From contig CAWBNQ010000006.1 in NCBI GenBank assembly GCA_963790205.1, positions 1-64,000 on the forward strand: a stretch of DNA of 64,000 bases. Reading direction: 5' to 3'. A model generated the notes under the pieces. That model did not search any database. It was not told the DNA's origin and was given only the letters and a program-made list of their open reading frames with translations. The position numbers and the translations under genes are program-made. This document shows, one piece after another, positions 10,038 through 22,478 of this stretch. The DNA comes from Nitrospirota bacterium (GTDB lineage: Bacteria; Nitrospirota; UBA9217). The stretch's first letter is position 1. The number at the start of each line of letters is the position of its first letter.

Positions 10038-11388
10038 ATGTCGAAAAGTATCCTGATCGTCGAAGACGAAGAAACGCTGCGGGAGTCCATCAAGCGGATC
10101 TTCACAAAGGAAGGCTACGCAGTGGACGCCGCGGAGTCCGCCGAGAGGGGACTCGCCCTGCTCGAGACCAACGTCTACGACGTGATCATTTCGGACATCA
10201 TCCTGCCGGGGATGGACGGGATCGAGATGCTCACCCGGGTGCGGGAGCAGATGCCGGACCAGATTTTCATCGTGGTCACGGCCTACGCGTCGCTCGACAC
10301 GTCGGTGAAGGCGCTCCGGGCCGGGGCGTACGATTACATCATGAAGCCGATCATCCATGAAGAGATCAAGCAGATCGTTCGGAACGCGCTCCGTCAGAAG
10401 AGCCTTCAGACCGAGAACGTGCTCCTCAAGCGGGAGATCGGGAAGGACTGCGATTTCAGCGCCATCATCGGCGAAAGCCCGGCGCTCAAGGCCATCCTCG
10501 ACGAAGTGCGCAAGATCACGGACACCAAGAGCAATGTGCTTCTCCTCGGCGAGACGGGGACGGGCAAGGAGCTGTTCGCCCGGGTCATCCACCACAACAG
10601 CTCCCGCCGGGACATGACCTTTCGTGCCGATCAACTGCTCGGCGATCCCCGAGAACCTGCTCGAAACGGAACTCTTCGGCCACGTGCGCGGCGCCTTTAC
10701 GGGCGCGGTGGCGTCCAAAAAAGGCATCCTCGAGGAGGCCGAGGGCGGCACGGTGTTTCTCGACGAGATCGGCGACATGAGCCTTGCGCTCCAGGCAAAG
10801 CTGCTGCGGGTCATCGAGGACCAGGTGATACGGCCCGTGGGAAGCACCAAGGGCAACAAGGTGGACATCCGGTTCATCACCGCGACGAACAAGGACCTCC
10901 GGACGGCGGTGAAGCTGGCGATGTTCCGGGAGGACCTCTATTACCGTATCAACGTGATATCGCTCCTGATACCGCCGCTCCGGGAGCGAAAAGAGGACAT
11001 CCAATCGCTCGTGCGCTACTATCTGGAAAAGTACTCGCAGGAGATGGGGAGAAAGATCAAGGACATTTCGCCCGGGGCCATGGACATCATGATCGGCTAC
11101 GAGTGGGCGGGGAACGTGCGCGAGCTCCAGAACGTGATCGAGCGGGCCATTCTCATCTCCGACGGAGACCTGATCGGGCCGGAGCACCTGCCCCTCGGCA
11201 TGCGGGCGGAGGCTTCGTTTCAGCACCAGGTCTTCGGGAAAAAACTCTCGATCGAGGACTATACCAAGGCGTTCATACAAAAATACCAGGGCGAGTATAA
11301 CGAACAGCAGCTTGCCGACATGCTCGGCATCACCCGCAAGTCCCTCTGGGAGAAACGGAAGAAGTGGGGGATGCAGAAGGAGCGGTAG
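10038..11388 (+). CDS. sigma54-dependent response regulator, CbrB-like (split by a +1 indel near 10618)
   Basis: Receiver, Walker A GETGTGKE, then in a new frame [20 protein letters not shown] and [15 protein letters not shown]. Confidence 0.88.
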
Positions 11389-11394
11389 CATCAA

Positions 11395-11500
11395 GTTCGG
11401 AGTTGGGAGTTCGGAGTAGAAGAGGACTGTGTGATAGTGGTGTGCAGGATACTGCTCTTTTCTTCTGACTCCGAACTACGAACTAAACACGCCGAACTAA
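11395..11500. repeat. 7-bp periodic inverted repeat (AGTTCGG / CCGAACT)
   Basis: AGTTCGG AGTTGGG AGTTCGG AGT ... ACTCCGA ACTACGA ACT between two genes. Confidence 0.65.
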
Positions 11501-11507
11501 ATAAATC

Positions 11508-13094
11508 ATGTCCCTTAAGAAAAAAATAGCACTCAGTTTCTTCATCAGCGCCTTTATCATCGCCATCCTCGCTGCGTTCGAATACATCAATTTTGTCGAG
11601 CTCAAAAAAGAGGTGCGTTATCTGGAGACGACCGACACGATCAACCGCAAGTCGCTTCAGCTCCGGAGGCACGAGAAGAATTATTTTCTCTACAGCCCGC
11701 AGAAGGCGGACGAGGAGTCGGCGGCGGTCCATGCTTATCTCGGCGAGCTCAAGGACCTGCTGGCGAAAAACCCGGACATCGATAAAACGGACAAACTGGC
11801 GCTGCGCGGCAGCATTGCCGAGTATGAGCGGCTTTTTACGAGCATCGAATCGTCGGCACGGCGCCTGACCGGCCTTTTCGAGAGGACAAAAGCATCATAC
11901 GGAAAAAGCGAGAAATTCTTTTCTCTGGTGGAAGCTACCTTTCTCGAGCGGACTTCCCAGTCAGCCGAGTTTCTCGAAAAGGTGTTCCTCCTGCCCCGCC
12001 GGCACGTCTTGATCACCGGGCTCAGGGGGCTCGATGCGGACATCATCGCGCTCAGAAAGACCGGTGAAGACATCGTCGCCACGTCCAAGGACCTTGACAA
12101 GGTAGCCCGTGAAAAGGCGGAGACGGTGATCCGCGTCTCGCAGGTCGCCATCCTCATTTTCATCCCGTTGTTCTTCGTCGTAGGCATCGGCCTGCTGTTC
12201 TTCATTACCACGAACGTGGTGAGGCGGCTGATGCTCCTGATCAACGTCGTGGAAAAGACCGGCAGGGGCTTCTATCCCCGTCTGTCCCTTCCCCTCTCGA
12301 AAGGGAATGCCCCTGACGAGGTAGGCGTGCTGATCGACAAGTTCAACGACATGGAGGACCAGCTTGCTCTGCGGGAAGCGGAGCTCGGCCGCAAGAACCG
12401 GGAGCTGATGCAGGCCAGGAAGCTTGCGGCCATCGGCACGCTGGCGTCGGGCGTGGCGCATGAGCTGAACAACCCGCTGAACAACATCTACCTTTCGGCG
12501 CAGATCCTCGCCAAAGAGGCGGGCGAAGGCTGTTCCCGCGAAGTCAAGGAAGCGGTGGGCGACATCGTGGGCCAGACCGAGCGGGTAAAACAGATCGTGG
12601 GAGACCTCCTGGAATTCGCGCGCGGCCGGGAGCCACGGTTCTCCCGGGTTGAGCTGGAGGGGCTGATTTCCGGCGCGTACCGGCGCCTCGGAGGCGCGAG
12701 GAACATCGATAACATACGGTTCTCGTTCGACGCCGAGCCCCGGCAGATCGTCATCTCCGCCGATGAGGGGCAGCTGGAGCAGGTTTTCAACAACCTGTTT
12801 GCGAACGCCGTGGACGCGATGGAGGGCCGCGGCAGTCTCAGCGTGAGCGTGAAAAGGAACGAGGGGTCGGCAATCATCAAAATCTCGGACACCGGCAGGG
12901 GAATCCCTCCGGAAGCCATTGAAAAAATCTACGAACCTTTTTTCACGACAAAGGACAAAGGCACCGGCCTCGGTCTTGCCATCGTGTATAATATCGTCAA
13001 GAAGCACGGCGGCGACATAGCGGTCGAAAGCGAAGAGGGAAAAGGGACGACGTTCACGATAACGCTGCCGGGCGATGATACAAGTAAGAAGTAG
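11508..13094 (+). CDS. membrane sensor histidine kinase
   Basis: Two TM segments, HAMP-like linker, AHELNNPL H-box, DTGRG and GTGLGL. Confidence 0.92.
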   Translation: MSLKKKIALSFFISAFIIAILAAFEYINFVELKKEVRYLETTDTINRKSLQLRRHEKNYFLYSPQKADEESAAVHAYLGELKDLLAKNPDIDKTDKLALRGSIAEYERLFTSIESSARRLTGLFERTKASYGKSEKFFSLVEATFLERTSQSAEFLEKVFLLPRRHVLITGLRGLDADIIALRKTGEDIVATSKDLDKVAREKAETVIRVSQVAILIFIPLFFVVGIGLLFFITTNVVRRLMLLINVVEKTGRGFYPRLSLPLSKGNAPDEVGVLIDKFNDMEDQLALREAELGRKNRELMQARKLAAIGTLASGVAHELNNPLNNIYLSAQILAKEAGEGCSREVKEAVGDIVGQTERVKQIVGDLLEFARGREPRFSRVELEGLISGAYRRLGGARNIDNIRFSFDAEPRQIVISADEGQLEQVFNNLFANAVDAMEGRGSLSVSVKRNEGSAIIKISDTGRGIPPEAIEKIYEPFFTTKDKGTGLGLAIVYNIVKKHGGDIAVESEEGKGTTFTITLPGDDTSKK

Positions 13095-13161
13095 GAAGGA
13101 AAAAGCAGGAAGTAAAAAATGAAAAGCGAGAACTCGGCATTGTTGTGCTCTGGAGAAAAAA

Positions 13162-14493
<1,332 letters not shown>

Positions 14494-14556
14494 CGGGCGG
14501 GTATTCCGCGCCATATCTTTCCGGCCTGGCTGCAGAATGATACAGCGCGGTATCCC

Positions 14557-15039
14557 GTGGAGAAAAACCGGATGAAATTTGAAGATTTAGAGAATGACCT
14601 GAAAAAAGGCATCGGACTGGTCAGGGTGAATGCCGCTGTTAAGCTGGGAAAGCTGAAGGATAGAAAGGCCATATCAGCCCTCCTCGAGGCCCTCAAGGAT
14701 CCCAATATGGCGCTCAGGAACAATGCCGCTTTCGCCTTGGGGGAGATCGGCGCGGGCGAAGCCGTGCCGAACCTTATTGACCTGCTCCGCGACCCCGAAG
14801 AGCGGGTGCGAAAAAGCGTGGTCAAGGCATTGGGCATGATCCGTGCGCGGGAAGCGGTCGCTCCGCTTGTTCAGTCCCTCGATACCGAAACTTCACGCGT
14901 TGTTCGAAAAAGCGCCATCCGCAGTCTCGGGCAGATCGGCGATCCGGCGGCATTGAACGCCGTGGAATGGTTTGTATCGCATCCGGACCCGACGCTGGCG
15001 GATGCGGCAAAGCAAGCGGTCGGGAGGCTCAAAAAATAA
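14557..15039 (+). CDS. HEAT/PBS-lyase repeat protein
   Basis: Repeated VRxxAAxALGxIG...AVPxLIxLLxD. Confidence 0.85.
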   Translation: MEKNRMKFEDLENDLKKGIGLVRVNAAVKLGKLKDRKAISALLEALKDPNMALRNNAAFALGEIGAGEAVPNLIDLLRDPEERVRKSVVKALGMIRAREAVAPLVQSLDTETSRVVRKSAIRSLGQIGDPAALNAVEWFVSHPDPTLADAAKQAVGRLKK

Positions 15040-15406
15040 TCCAATCACCAAATCTTAATTTTGAGCTCATTACCCTTAACGTGAAGAGTTTTTCCGGTAT
15101 CATTCAATCGTTGCAGCCCTTTGAAACGCCGATATTACATTTAGATTATTAGGTAATAGGGTGCTATAATGTATCATTGGAAAATTAAATATAGTTGACT
15201 GAAAGTCACAGCAAGAGCGTCATTTGAAAGCTACATCTTTCAACCAATACTTTGCACTCATAGTGCGTTGCAAGGCTGATGTTCCGCTTGGATATCTTCT
15301 TAACAAGTCCAGGGATACCCCTGCCGATGGTGATCTCAGCCCAATAAACACCGATGGCTGCTAAGGCGATACCGGTATTTTCGAAAACGACAAAGGAGGA
15401 ATTACC

Positions 15407-16591
15407 TTGAAGACAAATACGATACTATCAAAGGGAATCATCATTGTCCTTCTCTTCGCTTCTTCATCCGCGGTCGCCCAAATGCTTCCTGAAGACCCGT
15501 CCAGAGGGGGCCAGCTGTTTGTGAGCAAAGGATGCGTGAAATGCCATACCGTCCAGGGCGAGGGAGGAAAGACCGGGCCGGATCTGGGCATTATAGGTCT
15601 TGACAGCACCCAGCTGGAGCTGGCAAGGGAGATCTGGAACCATACTCCCTCCATGATCGCGGACATGGAACATGAGGGCATCGCCAAACCCACGCTGACC
15701 GGCCAGGAATTTACTGATATCACCGCCTATCTCTATTTTCTCAGATTCTTTGATAAGGCCGGAAATGCCGCCGCAGGTGAATACCTCTTCTCCCTGAAAG
15801 GCTGCAGCTCCTGTCATCTTGAGTCGGGCAGAACCAGAGACAACGAGCCGGGGCTCGATGAGTTTCCCCGGAACGCTTCACCGGTTTTCCTGAGCCAGGC
15901 GATGTGGAATCACAGCCTGCCGATGATGGCACGCATGTTGCGGAGCGGAAAAAAGTGGCCCGATTTTAACGGAAACGAGATGATGGATGTGTTGGCTTAT
16001 ATCAACACCAAGGCAAAGGGGGCGGAAGAACCTTTATTCTTAAAACCCGGTAATCCCAAGGAAGGCAGGATTGTCTTCAATGCCAAGGGATGTGCCAATT
16101 GCCATTCCGTCCATGGCGAAGGCGCAAAGAATGGCATCGATCTCGGGAAGAGAGCGGAGTCCTTTTATACGAGCCTCACCCAGATCGCTTCGAGAATGTG
16201 GAACAAGAGCCCTGAGATGATCCTGTTCACAATAGCCCCAACGCAGTGCGGGGTTCCCAGCTTCACCGCGAAAGAAATGAACGATCTCCTCGCCTATCTT
16301 TACTTCCTCCATTACACGGATGAGCCCGGGGATGCGTCAAGAGGGAAAAAACTCTTTTCAGATATCGGGTGCGCACAATGTCACGGACTGGACGGGAAAC
16401 GCGGAACGCTGATGTATATCGATCTCTCCAAATACCGGAACAGTCCGCCGACCGACATCGTGGCCAGCATCTGGAATCACAGTATCAAAATGCGGGAGGC
16501 AACAGGAGCGAAAGGTGTATCCTGGCCTCAATTTAAAAAAGGAGAGATGGCGGACCTGCTGGAATTTATCCGGACTCCCGTAAAGAAATAA
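15407..16591 (+). CDS. exported tetraheme cytochrome c (4 tandem monoheme domains)
   Basis: Signal peptide; CVKCH, CSSCH, CANCH, CAQCH, each in a GxxLF...C..CH...WN(H/K)...M repeat; TTG start after AAGGAGG. Confidence 0.88.
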   Translation: MKTNTILSKGIIIVLLFASSSAVAQMLPEDPSRGGQLFVSKGCVKCHTVQGEGGKTGPDLGIIGLDSTQLELAREIWNHTPSMIADMEHEGIAKPTLTGQEFTDITAYLYFLRFFDKAGNAAAGEYLFSLKGCSSCHLESGRTRDNEPGLDEFPRNASPVFLSQAMWNHSLPMMARMLRSGKKWPDFNGNEMMDVLAYINTKAKGAEEPLFLKPGNPKEGRIVFNAKGCANCHSVHGEGAKNGIDLGKRAESFYTSLTQIASRMWNKSPEMILFTIAPTQCGVPSFTAKEMNDLLAYLYFLHYTDEPGDASRGKKLFSDIGCAQCHGLDGKRGTLMYIDLSKYRNSPPTDIVASIWNHSIKMREATGAKGVSWPQFKKGEMADLLEFIRTPVKK

Positions 16592-16833
16592 CGGCAGAGA
16601 ACCCTCGTATGGTAAATATATTCAAACATACTGATTAAAATATTTTTAACTCGTTAACAAATGGTTAAGATAAGCATGGATTCGCCTCGACAGCACCGTT
16701 TCTCAACGCAACGAACTCCATTGCCCGGCCGAATGAATATTCCTCTACGGAGCCGGCGCTTCGCTGTAACTGCTTTTTGCGAGCTTCTCCAGAATAAAAT
16801 CCATCCAAAACCCCTCTCTATGAACCTGCAATT

Positions 16834-17032
16834 CCCCGTAGATGCCTATACGAACCTTCATTTGCTGCGGGGTCACCTTGCAGATTCCTCCCCCTGAGAC
16901 GGGGGAGGTTAGGTGGGGGTGACGAGTTTCCGATACCTCACCCTCCCCGCACCCCTCCCAGCAAGGGAGGGGGAACTATAATAACGAGATACCCCGCGGA
17001 TGCCTATACGAACCTTCATTATGCTGCGGGGA
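16834..17032. repeat. ~40-bp direct repeat pair flanking a REP-like palindrome
   Basis: CCCCGYRGATGCCTATACGAACCTTCATT(A)TGCTGCGGGG at ~16834 and ~16992; CTCCCCCTGAGACGGGGGAGG...CCCCTCCCAGCAAGGGAGGGG between. Confidence 0.65.
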
Positions 17033-17218
17033 GGTTCATTTCTCGCATTACCGGGAGCAGTGCTGCCGCACCCTCAATTGACAAGCCTGAGCTTCAGATT
17101 ATACTTTTCGCATACGTTCCTCGAACCATCTTTTCAGGAACATCAGTCTAATTTCATTTCACATTACGGAATATCGATATGGTATACTTTATCCTCATAG
17201 GATGAGGATGGAGGGCGC

Positions 17219-19171
17219 ATGGCATCGCCGCAGGTTAAGAAACAGACGAATAAGAAGGAAACGGTACTATCCGGGATCAGTCTCCTGACGGACCACGATA
17301 TTTATCTCTTCAAAGAGGGGAACCACTTCGGACTCTACGAAAAGCTCGGATCGCACGCCATGACCGTCGACGGAGCGGCGGGAACGCTCTTCGCGGTATG
17401 GGCGCCGAACGCGTCGAAAGTGTCGGTGAAAGGCGATTTCAACGGCTGGAACAAGGATTCTCATAAACTGAAAGCCCGGGGCGACGGATCGGGCATCTGG
17501 GAAGGGTTCATCCCGGGAATAGGCCACGGCACGATCTATAAGTATCACATCCGTTCCCGGTCCAATAATCACGAAGCGGAAAAAGGGGACCCCTTTGCGT
17601 TCTCCTGGGAGACGCCGCCCCGAACGGCCTCTCTGGTGTGGGACCTGGACTATCCGTGGGACGACGGCCCGTGGATGAAGGGCCGCCGAACGACGAATTC
17701 TTTGAGCGCTCCTTTTTCCGTGTACGAACTGCATCCGGGCTCGTGGCGGCGCGTTCCGGAAGAAGGCAACCGCTCGCTCACCTACCGGGAGATGGCCGTC
17801 TATCTTCCCGAGTACCTCAAGGACTCGGGTTTTACGCACGTCGAGTTCATGCCGGTGATGGAGCACCCTTTTTACGGATCCTGGGGATACCAGGTCACGG
17901 GGTTCTTCGCGCCCACGAGCCGCTACGGCACGCCGCAGGATTTCATGTATCTGATCAACGCGCTTCATCAGGCGGGGATCGGCGTCATCCTCGACTGGGT
18001 GCCGTCGCACTTCCCGGGCGACGCGCACGGGCTGGTCTACTTTGACGGGACCCATCTCTACGAACACGAGGACCCCCGCAAGGGGTTCCACCCCGAGTGG
18101 ACGAGCCACATCTTCAACTACGGCCGCTACGAGGTGCGCAATTTCCTGATCAGCAGCGCCTTGTTCTGGCTCGATAAATACCATGCCGACGCCCTCCGGA
18201 TCGACGGCGTGGCGTCCATGCTCTATCTCGACTATGCCCGCACGGACGGCGAATGGGTCCCGAACATCTACGGCGGCAGGGAGAACCTCGAGGCCATCGA
18301 CTTCCTCAGGAGCCTGAACCGCGAGGTCTACCGGGCCTTCCCCGACGTGCAGACCATTGCCGAGGAAAGCACGGCCTGGCCCATGGTCTCCCGTCCCGCG
18401 CACGTGGGCGGGCTCGGCTTCGGCATGAAATGGAACATGGGCTGGATGCACGACACGCTCAAATTCTTCTCCGTGGACCCGGTTTTCCGCAAATACCACC
18501 AGAACGAGATCACCTTCAGCATCTGGTACGCTTTTTTCGAGAACTTCATGCTTCCGCTGTCCCATGATGAGGTGGTGTACGGCAAAGGCGCCCTTGCCGG
18601 GAAGATGCCCGGGAACCACCGGCAGAAGCTCGCCAACCTCCGGCTCCTGTTCGGCTATCAGTATACCCACCCGGGCAAGAAGCTTTTGTTCATGGGAAGC
18701 GAGCTCGGTCAATGGGCGGAGTGGAGTCATGAGCAGAGCGTCGAATGGCACCTCCTGCGGTTTCAGTCCCACTACGGCGTATGGCAATGGGTCAGGGACC
18801 TGAACCGGCTCTACCGCAGCGAACCCGCCCTGCACGAGCTCGATTTCGACGGCGCGGGGTTCGAGTGGGTGGATTGCAGCGACCACGAACAGAGCGTGAT
18901 CAGCTACCTCAGAAAGGGAAAGTCGGCGAACGATGTGGTCCTCGTCGTGTGCAACTTCACTCCCGTGCCGCGGCACAACTACCGGACCGGCGTCCCTTCC
19001 GGAGGGTACTGGAGAGAGCTTCTGAACAGCGATGCGGAGGTGTACGGCGGGAGCGGGCAGGGGAACCTCGGGGGCGTCAATGCCTCGTCCGAGGGGATCC
19101 ACGGCCGGGGCCATTCGCTCGACCTCACCCTGCCGCCGCTGGGGATCCTGATGCTCAAAAAAACCGTATGA
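17219..19171 (+). CDS. glgB: 1,4-alpha-glucan branching enzyme
   Basis: FAVWAPNA, SWGYQVTG, DWVPSHF, RIDGVASMLY, AEESTAWP, KWNMGWMHD, LSHDEVV. Confidence 0.97.
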   Translation: MASPQVKKQTNKKETVLSGISLLTDHDIYLFKEGNHFGLYEKLGSHAMTVDGAAGTLFAVWAPNASKVSVKGDFNGWNKDSHKLKARGDGSGIWEGFIPGIGHGTIYKYHIRSRSNNHEAEKGDPFAFSWETPPRTASLVWDLDYPWDDGPWMKGRRTTNSLSAPFSVYELHPGSWRRVPEEGNRSLTYREMAVYLPEYLKDSGFTHVEFMPVMEHPFYGSWGYQVTGFFAPTSRYGTPQDFMYLINALHQAGIGVILDWVPSHFPGDAHGLVYFDGTHLYEHEDPRKGFHPEWTSHIFNYGRYEVRNFLISSALFWLDKYHADALRIDGVASMLYLDYARTDGEWVPNIYGGRENLEAIDFLRSLNREVYRAFPDVQTIAEESTAWPMVSRPAHVGGLGFGMKWNMGWMHDTLKFFSVDPVFRKYHQNEITFSIWYAFFENFMLPLSHDEVVYGKGALAGKMPGNHRQKLANLRLLFGYQYTHPGKKLLFMGSELGQWAEWSHEQSVEWHLLRFQSHYGVWQWVRDLNRLYRSEPALHELDFDGAGFEWVDCSDHEQSVISYLRKGKSANDVVLVVCNFTPVPRHNYRTGVPSGGYWRELLNSDAEVYGGSGQGNLGGVNASSEGIHGRGHSLDLTLPPLGILMLKKTV

Positions 19172-19272
19172 GCTGACAGCGCCTCTTGTTTTTTCTCCAT
19201 CGCTATGTTATTGTTCAATATCATCTTATGCCATAACGCGTCCTCCGGCCGCAACTAATAGGATTTTTTAAT

Positions 19273-19375
19273 CGTCATTCCCGAATGATTCTATCGGGAA
19301 GCCAGTGTCTTAGATTCACATCCACTGTTTTAAAAAAGTTTCCGGATTCCCGATTAAGACACCCGGGAATGACGG
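19273..19375. repeat. CGTC-tagged REP-like palindrome
   Basis: CGTCATTCCCG...CGGGAAGCC...GGATTCCCG...CGGGAATGACG; related copy at 24411-24491. Confidence 0.7.
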
Positions 19376-19468
19376 TTAATGGTGGTTTTTTATCAAAGAA
19401 AGCATCCGGGCGATCCTGTCAAGTTCAACGGGGTACTATCATAAATAGTTATTAGAAAATCGAACATC

Positions 19469-20116
19469 ATGAAAAAATCCCCGCAAAAAAAGAGCGGCAG
19501 TCTGTCGCGGCGCGTACACTTTCCCGAAGATGAAGCGCGATTGCCCTGGCTTCCGAGGCTCCTCGAGGCCTACGCTGTCGCGGACACGGGCGTGGCGATC
19601 GCGATACGGGATGAAGGGAAAAAACGAAGGAAGAAGCTTGCCTGCGCGAAAGGCTGCGGCAACTGCTGCGTGCATCAGAAAGACCTGCCCCTCTATCCCC
19701 ACGAGCTGGTCGGCATCTACTGGTATGTCTCTGAAAAAATGGCAAGTCCGGGCAGGGATGTCCTGAGGGACCGGCTCGCGCGAAGCCCGGCCTCCGAGGC
19801 CTGCCCCTTTCTGATCGACAAGGCCTGTTCCATCCATCCCGTCCGGCCCATCGGGTGCCGGCAATTCAACGTTTTCACCGCGCCCTGCGCGCCGGGCGAG
19901 GACCCCTTTTACACGAGGCGGGACGACGTGCTCACGCCTGTCGCGGAATATACGGACCGCGCTTTTGCCGCGGCGCTGCCGTTCTATGGCCTGAAGAGGG
20001 AAGACGCCCTCGCCGAAGCGATCAGGCTTGTCCGCTCCCAGATCATGAATCTCCGGTCCTTTGACTGGAGCAAGCTGGTCGCCATCATGGATAAATCCGG
20101 TCCACGAATGCCATGA
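19469..20116 (+). CDS. YkgJ-family cysteine-cluster (Zn/Fe-chelating) protein
   Basis: CAKGCGNCC, CPFL, CSIHPVRPIGCRQF. Confidence 0.85.
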   Translation: MKKSPQKKSGSLSRRVHFPEDEARLPWLPRLLEAYAVADTGVAIAIRDEGKKRRKKLACAKGCGNCCVHQKDLPLYPHELVGIYWYVSEKMASPGRDVLRDRLARSPASEACPFLIDKACSIHPVRPIGCRQFNVFTAPCAPGEDPFYTRRDDVLTPVAEYTDRAFAAALPFYGLKREDALAEAIRLVRSQIMNLRSFDWSKLVAIMDKSGPRMP

Positions 20117-20831
20117 CTGAAAAACCATTTGTCATCCTCTCCCTGGGGAGAGGGTTGTGGAACGTTTGTACTATCATGCAAGACGGATTTTGCAACTTAA
20201 AGCGTTTTACCGTATTATGACTTGACGCCTTCAAGTATAAAAATTAAGAATATAAACTTGTTTTTCCCGAGAGCGAAAAGAGTTTCCAAAAAACGCAACC
20301 TTCTGTTATCGTCATGACACGCCCGTGCAGAAAATCCTTGACTTGACTGGACATCTTTGATATATTCGAGCCAACGTTTCTTAAGTTTTTTTTCTTATTT
20401 TTTCCGTGGCAATTCCTTTCACGCAGTTCGGCAGCGGCAAGTAATAGTGGTAGATTTACACGATCAGATAAATCTATGAGGATACCCACTATCAGCTCTC
20501 CATATCGCTCTTTTCTCTTTTCGCGGAAGACAGCCTGGCCTGAATTGCCGGACAACTGCACCGCGGCATCCATCGGCACACAGGCAAAGCATAAAACCAG
20601 AACTTCACTTTGTTTCATGCTCACAGGTATCGCTCATGCGTCAGGTGAGGTCCATCGCGGATTTCAGCTTCAGTTAATGAAAGGAGGGATGCGTCAATCT
20701 CTTGATCTCTGCAGCAACTAGAAGCAACGGCAACAACGCACCATCGTCCCATAATCAACATCACATCTCACGAAGAAGTCAAAAACGTTCCGGGGAGACC
20801 CGGGACAAAACTACATAAGGGAGGATAAACG

Positions 20832-22280
20832 ATGAAGAAGTTTGTTGTGTTACTCGTAGTTGTGGCAATAAGCTGTTTCAGCGCTGCGGCTTTTGCCGCG
20901 GACATCGCCGTCAGCGGCTCGATCGACATTCGGAGCAGGGATTTCATGAATCCGGACGCGCTGCCCAGCGGTCTTACGCTTCCAGACGGCACTGTTGTTA
21001 ACAACGGCACTGATAGGGACACCCAGGAGAGGGTGCGCCTCAATATCGATGCCAAGGCCGGCGATGTAAAGGGCCGGATATCCATCGAGAACGACTGGGA
21101 CAGCTGGGGCAGGCTTGAAACCCCCATGGCGAACGGTCAAACATCAGAGGTCAACACGACCGGCGGCAGCCAACCGGTCTACCTGAAGCTTCGCGAAGCA
21201 TGGATCAACTTTAACCTTCCGGGCGTTCCTGTCAACGTGAACGCGGGCCATCAGCTCCTGCAGCTCGGCAATGCCTGGTTCTTCCGCGACATGAAGTACG
21301 GCTCCGATGCGTGGGTGGTCGCCAATGTGACCGGCGCCAACACGGCTGCCTTTGTCGATATCAAGGTCAGCGAGGGCGACACGGGCGCGGCCGACGACGT
21401 AGACGCGTATGCGTTCCTCGACGTATTCAAACTGTCCGACACGATGATGGTCGGCATGGACCTGACCCGGGTGGATGACCGCAAGGCGGCGCTCGACAAA
21501 GCCCCGTTCCTTCTCGACGCGGCCGGCCTTGGCAATGCCATGAATAAGATCAATCTGTACAACCTCGGCCTGAACTTCAACGGTCAATTGGGACCGGTGA
21601 ACTTGAAGGCTGAGATCGATAAGCAATTCGGCAAGGCGGACCTTATTGCGGGCGTCACCACCGCCGACGGCATACCGGCTAACAACCCCAAGTTCAAGGG
21701 CTACCAGGCCGTGCTCCAGGGCAATGTGGCCATGGACCCCGTTACCATCAACTTCACTGCCGCACGCGGCACGGGTCAGAAATCGGATTTCGGCACCAAT
21801 GGCAATCTTGATGTGAACCAGATGGTGACCATCCTCGATGCTGACCAGCACTACACGTTCCTGTATGAATACAAGGTACCGACCGCGGCCCTGAACATTC
21901 CGAGTTCGGTGGCCAGCACTGATCAATTACACACCGGCTTTGCCAACACCACGGCGCTCAACGTGGGCGGGAAATTTGCCGCTGCAAAGAGCCTGACCAT
22001 CGGCGCCAACCTGTGGTACCTCCTGGCGACCGAGGCTGTTGCGATCAATGGCGCGACAGTTCCTGGGACGGGTGGAGCGCTGGCGGCTACGTCGCGTAAG
22101 GTCGGCACCGAGGTCGATCTGGACATCAACTGGCAAATGTATGACAGCCTGTCCTGGGACTGGCAGCTCGGCTGGCTCAAGCCCGGCGATGCCTATCAAG
22201 TCAACGATCCTCTGACCGGCGCATTATTGGATGCCGACAAGGTCCTGGGCGTACAGGGTGTCCTGAGCTACAAGTTCTAA
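20832..22280 (+). CDS. outer-membrane beta-barrel porin
   Basis: Signal peptide ending AFA, alternating beta-strand pattern, C-terminal ...GVLSYKF; strong RBS. Confidence 0.8.
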   Translation: MKKFVVLLVVVAISCFSAAAFAADIAVSGSIDIRSRDFMNPDALPSGLTLPDGTVVNNGTDRDTQERVRLNIDAKAGDVKGRISIENDWDSWGRLETPMANGQTSEVNTTGGSQPVYLKLREAWINFNLPGVPVNVNAGHQLLQLGNAWFFRDMKYGSDAWVVANVTGANTAAFVDIKVSEGDTGAADDVDAYAFLDVFKLSDTMMVGMDLTRVDDRKAALDKAPFLLDAAGLGNAMNKINLYNLGLNFNGQLGPVNLKAEIDKQFGKADLIAGVTTADGIPANNPKFKGYQAVLQGNVAMDPVTINFTAARGTGQKSDFGTNGNLDVNQMVTILDADQHYTFLYEYKVPTAALNIPSSVASTDQLHTGFANTTALNVGGKFAAAKSLTIGANLWYLLATEAVAINGATVPGTGGALAATSRKVGTEVDLDINWQMYDSLSWDWQLGWLKPGDAYQVNDPLTGALLDADKVLGVQGVLSYKF

Positions 22281-22337
22281 GTTGCAGTACCATGCCGCGC
22301 CGGTTTGAATCCCGGTCAGGCTGATGAACAAACGAAG

Positions 22338-22375
22338 ATCCCCCGGGAGGAAAATCCTTCCGGGGGATTTTTTTG
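22338..22375 (+). terminator. intrinsic terminator of porin
   Basis: ATCCCCCGGGAGGA-AAA-TCCTTCCGGGGGAT followed by a T run. Confidence 0.85.
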
Positions 22376-22478
22376 TCTGCTGTGATGGTAATTGGCGTGT
22401 TGTATGCGCTCTGGGACCGGGCCCATCGGACTAAATCAGAGCCTGCGGGGGAATAAAGAAAAATTTTGTGACGAAATG

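Noticed and set aside
17179..17196. sigma54 promoter upstream of glgB (TGGTAT...)
   Set aside because: The -12 position reads CC, not the required GC
17267..19114. Long antisense ORFs (615 aa opposite glgB, 486 aa opposite patatin, 420 aa opposite IS5, others)
   Set aside because: Shadow frames of GC-rich coding strands with no recognisable motifs
20575..20660. c-di-GMP-I riboswitch upstream of the porin (GGCAAA seen)
   Set aside because: Lacks the GNRA tetraloop stem and the second GCAAA/P3 arrangement
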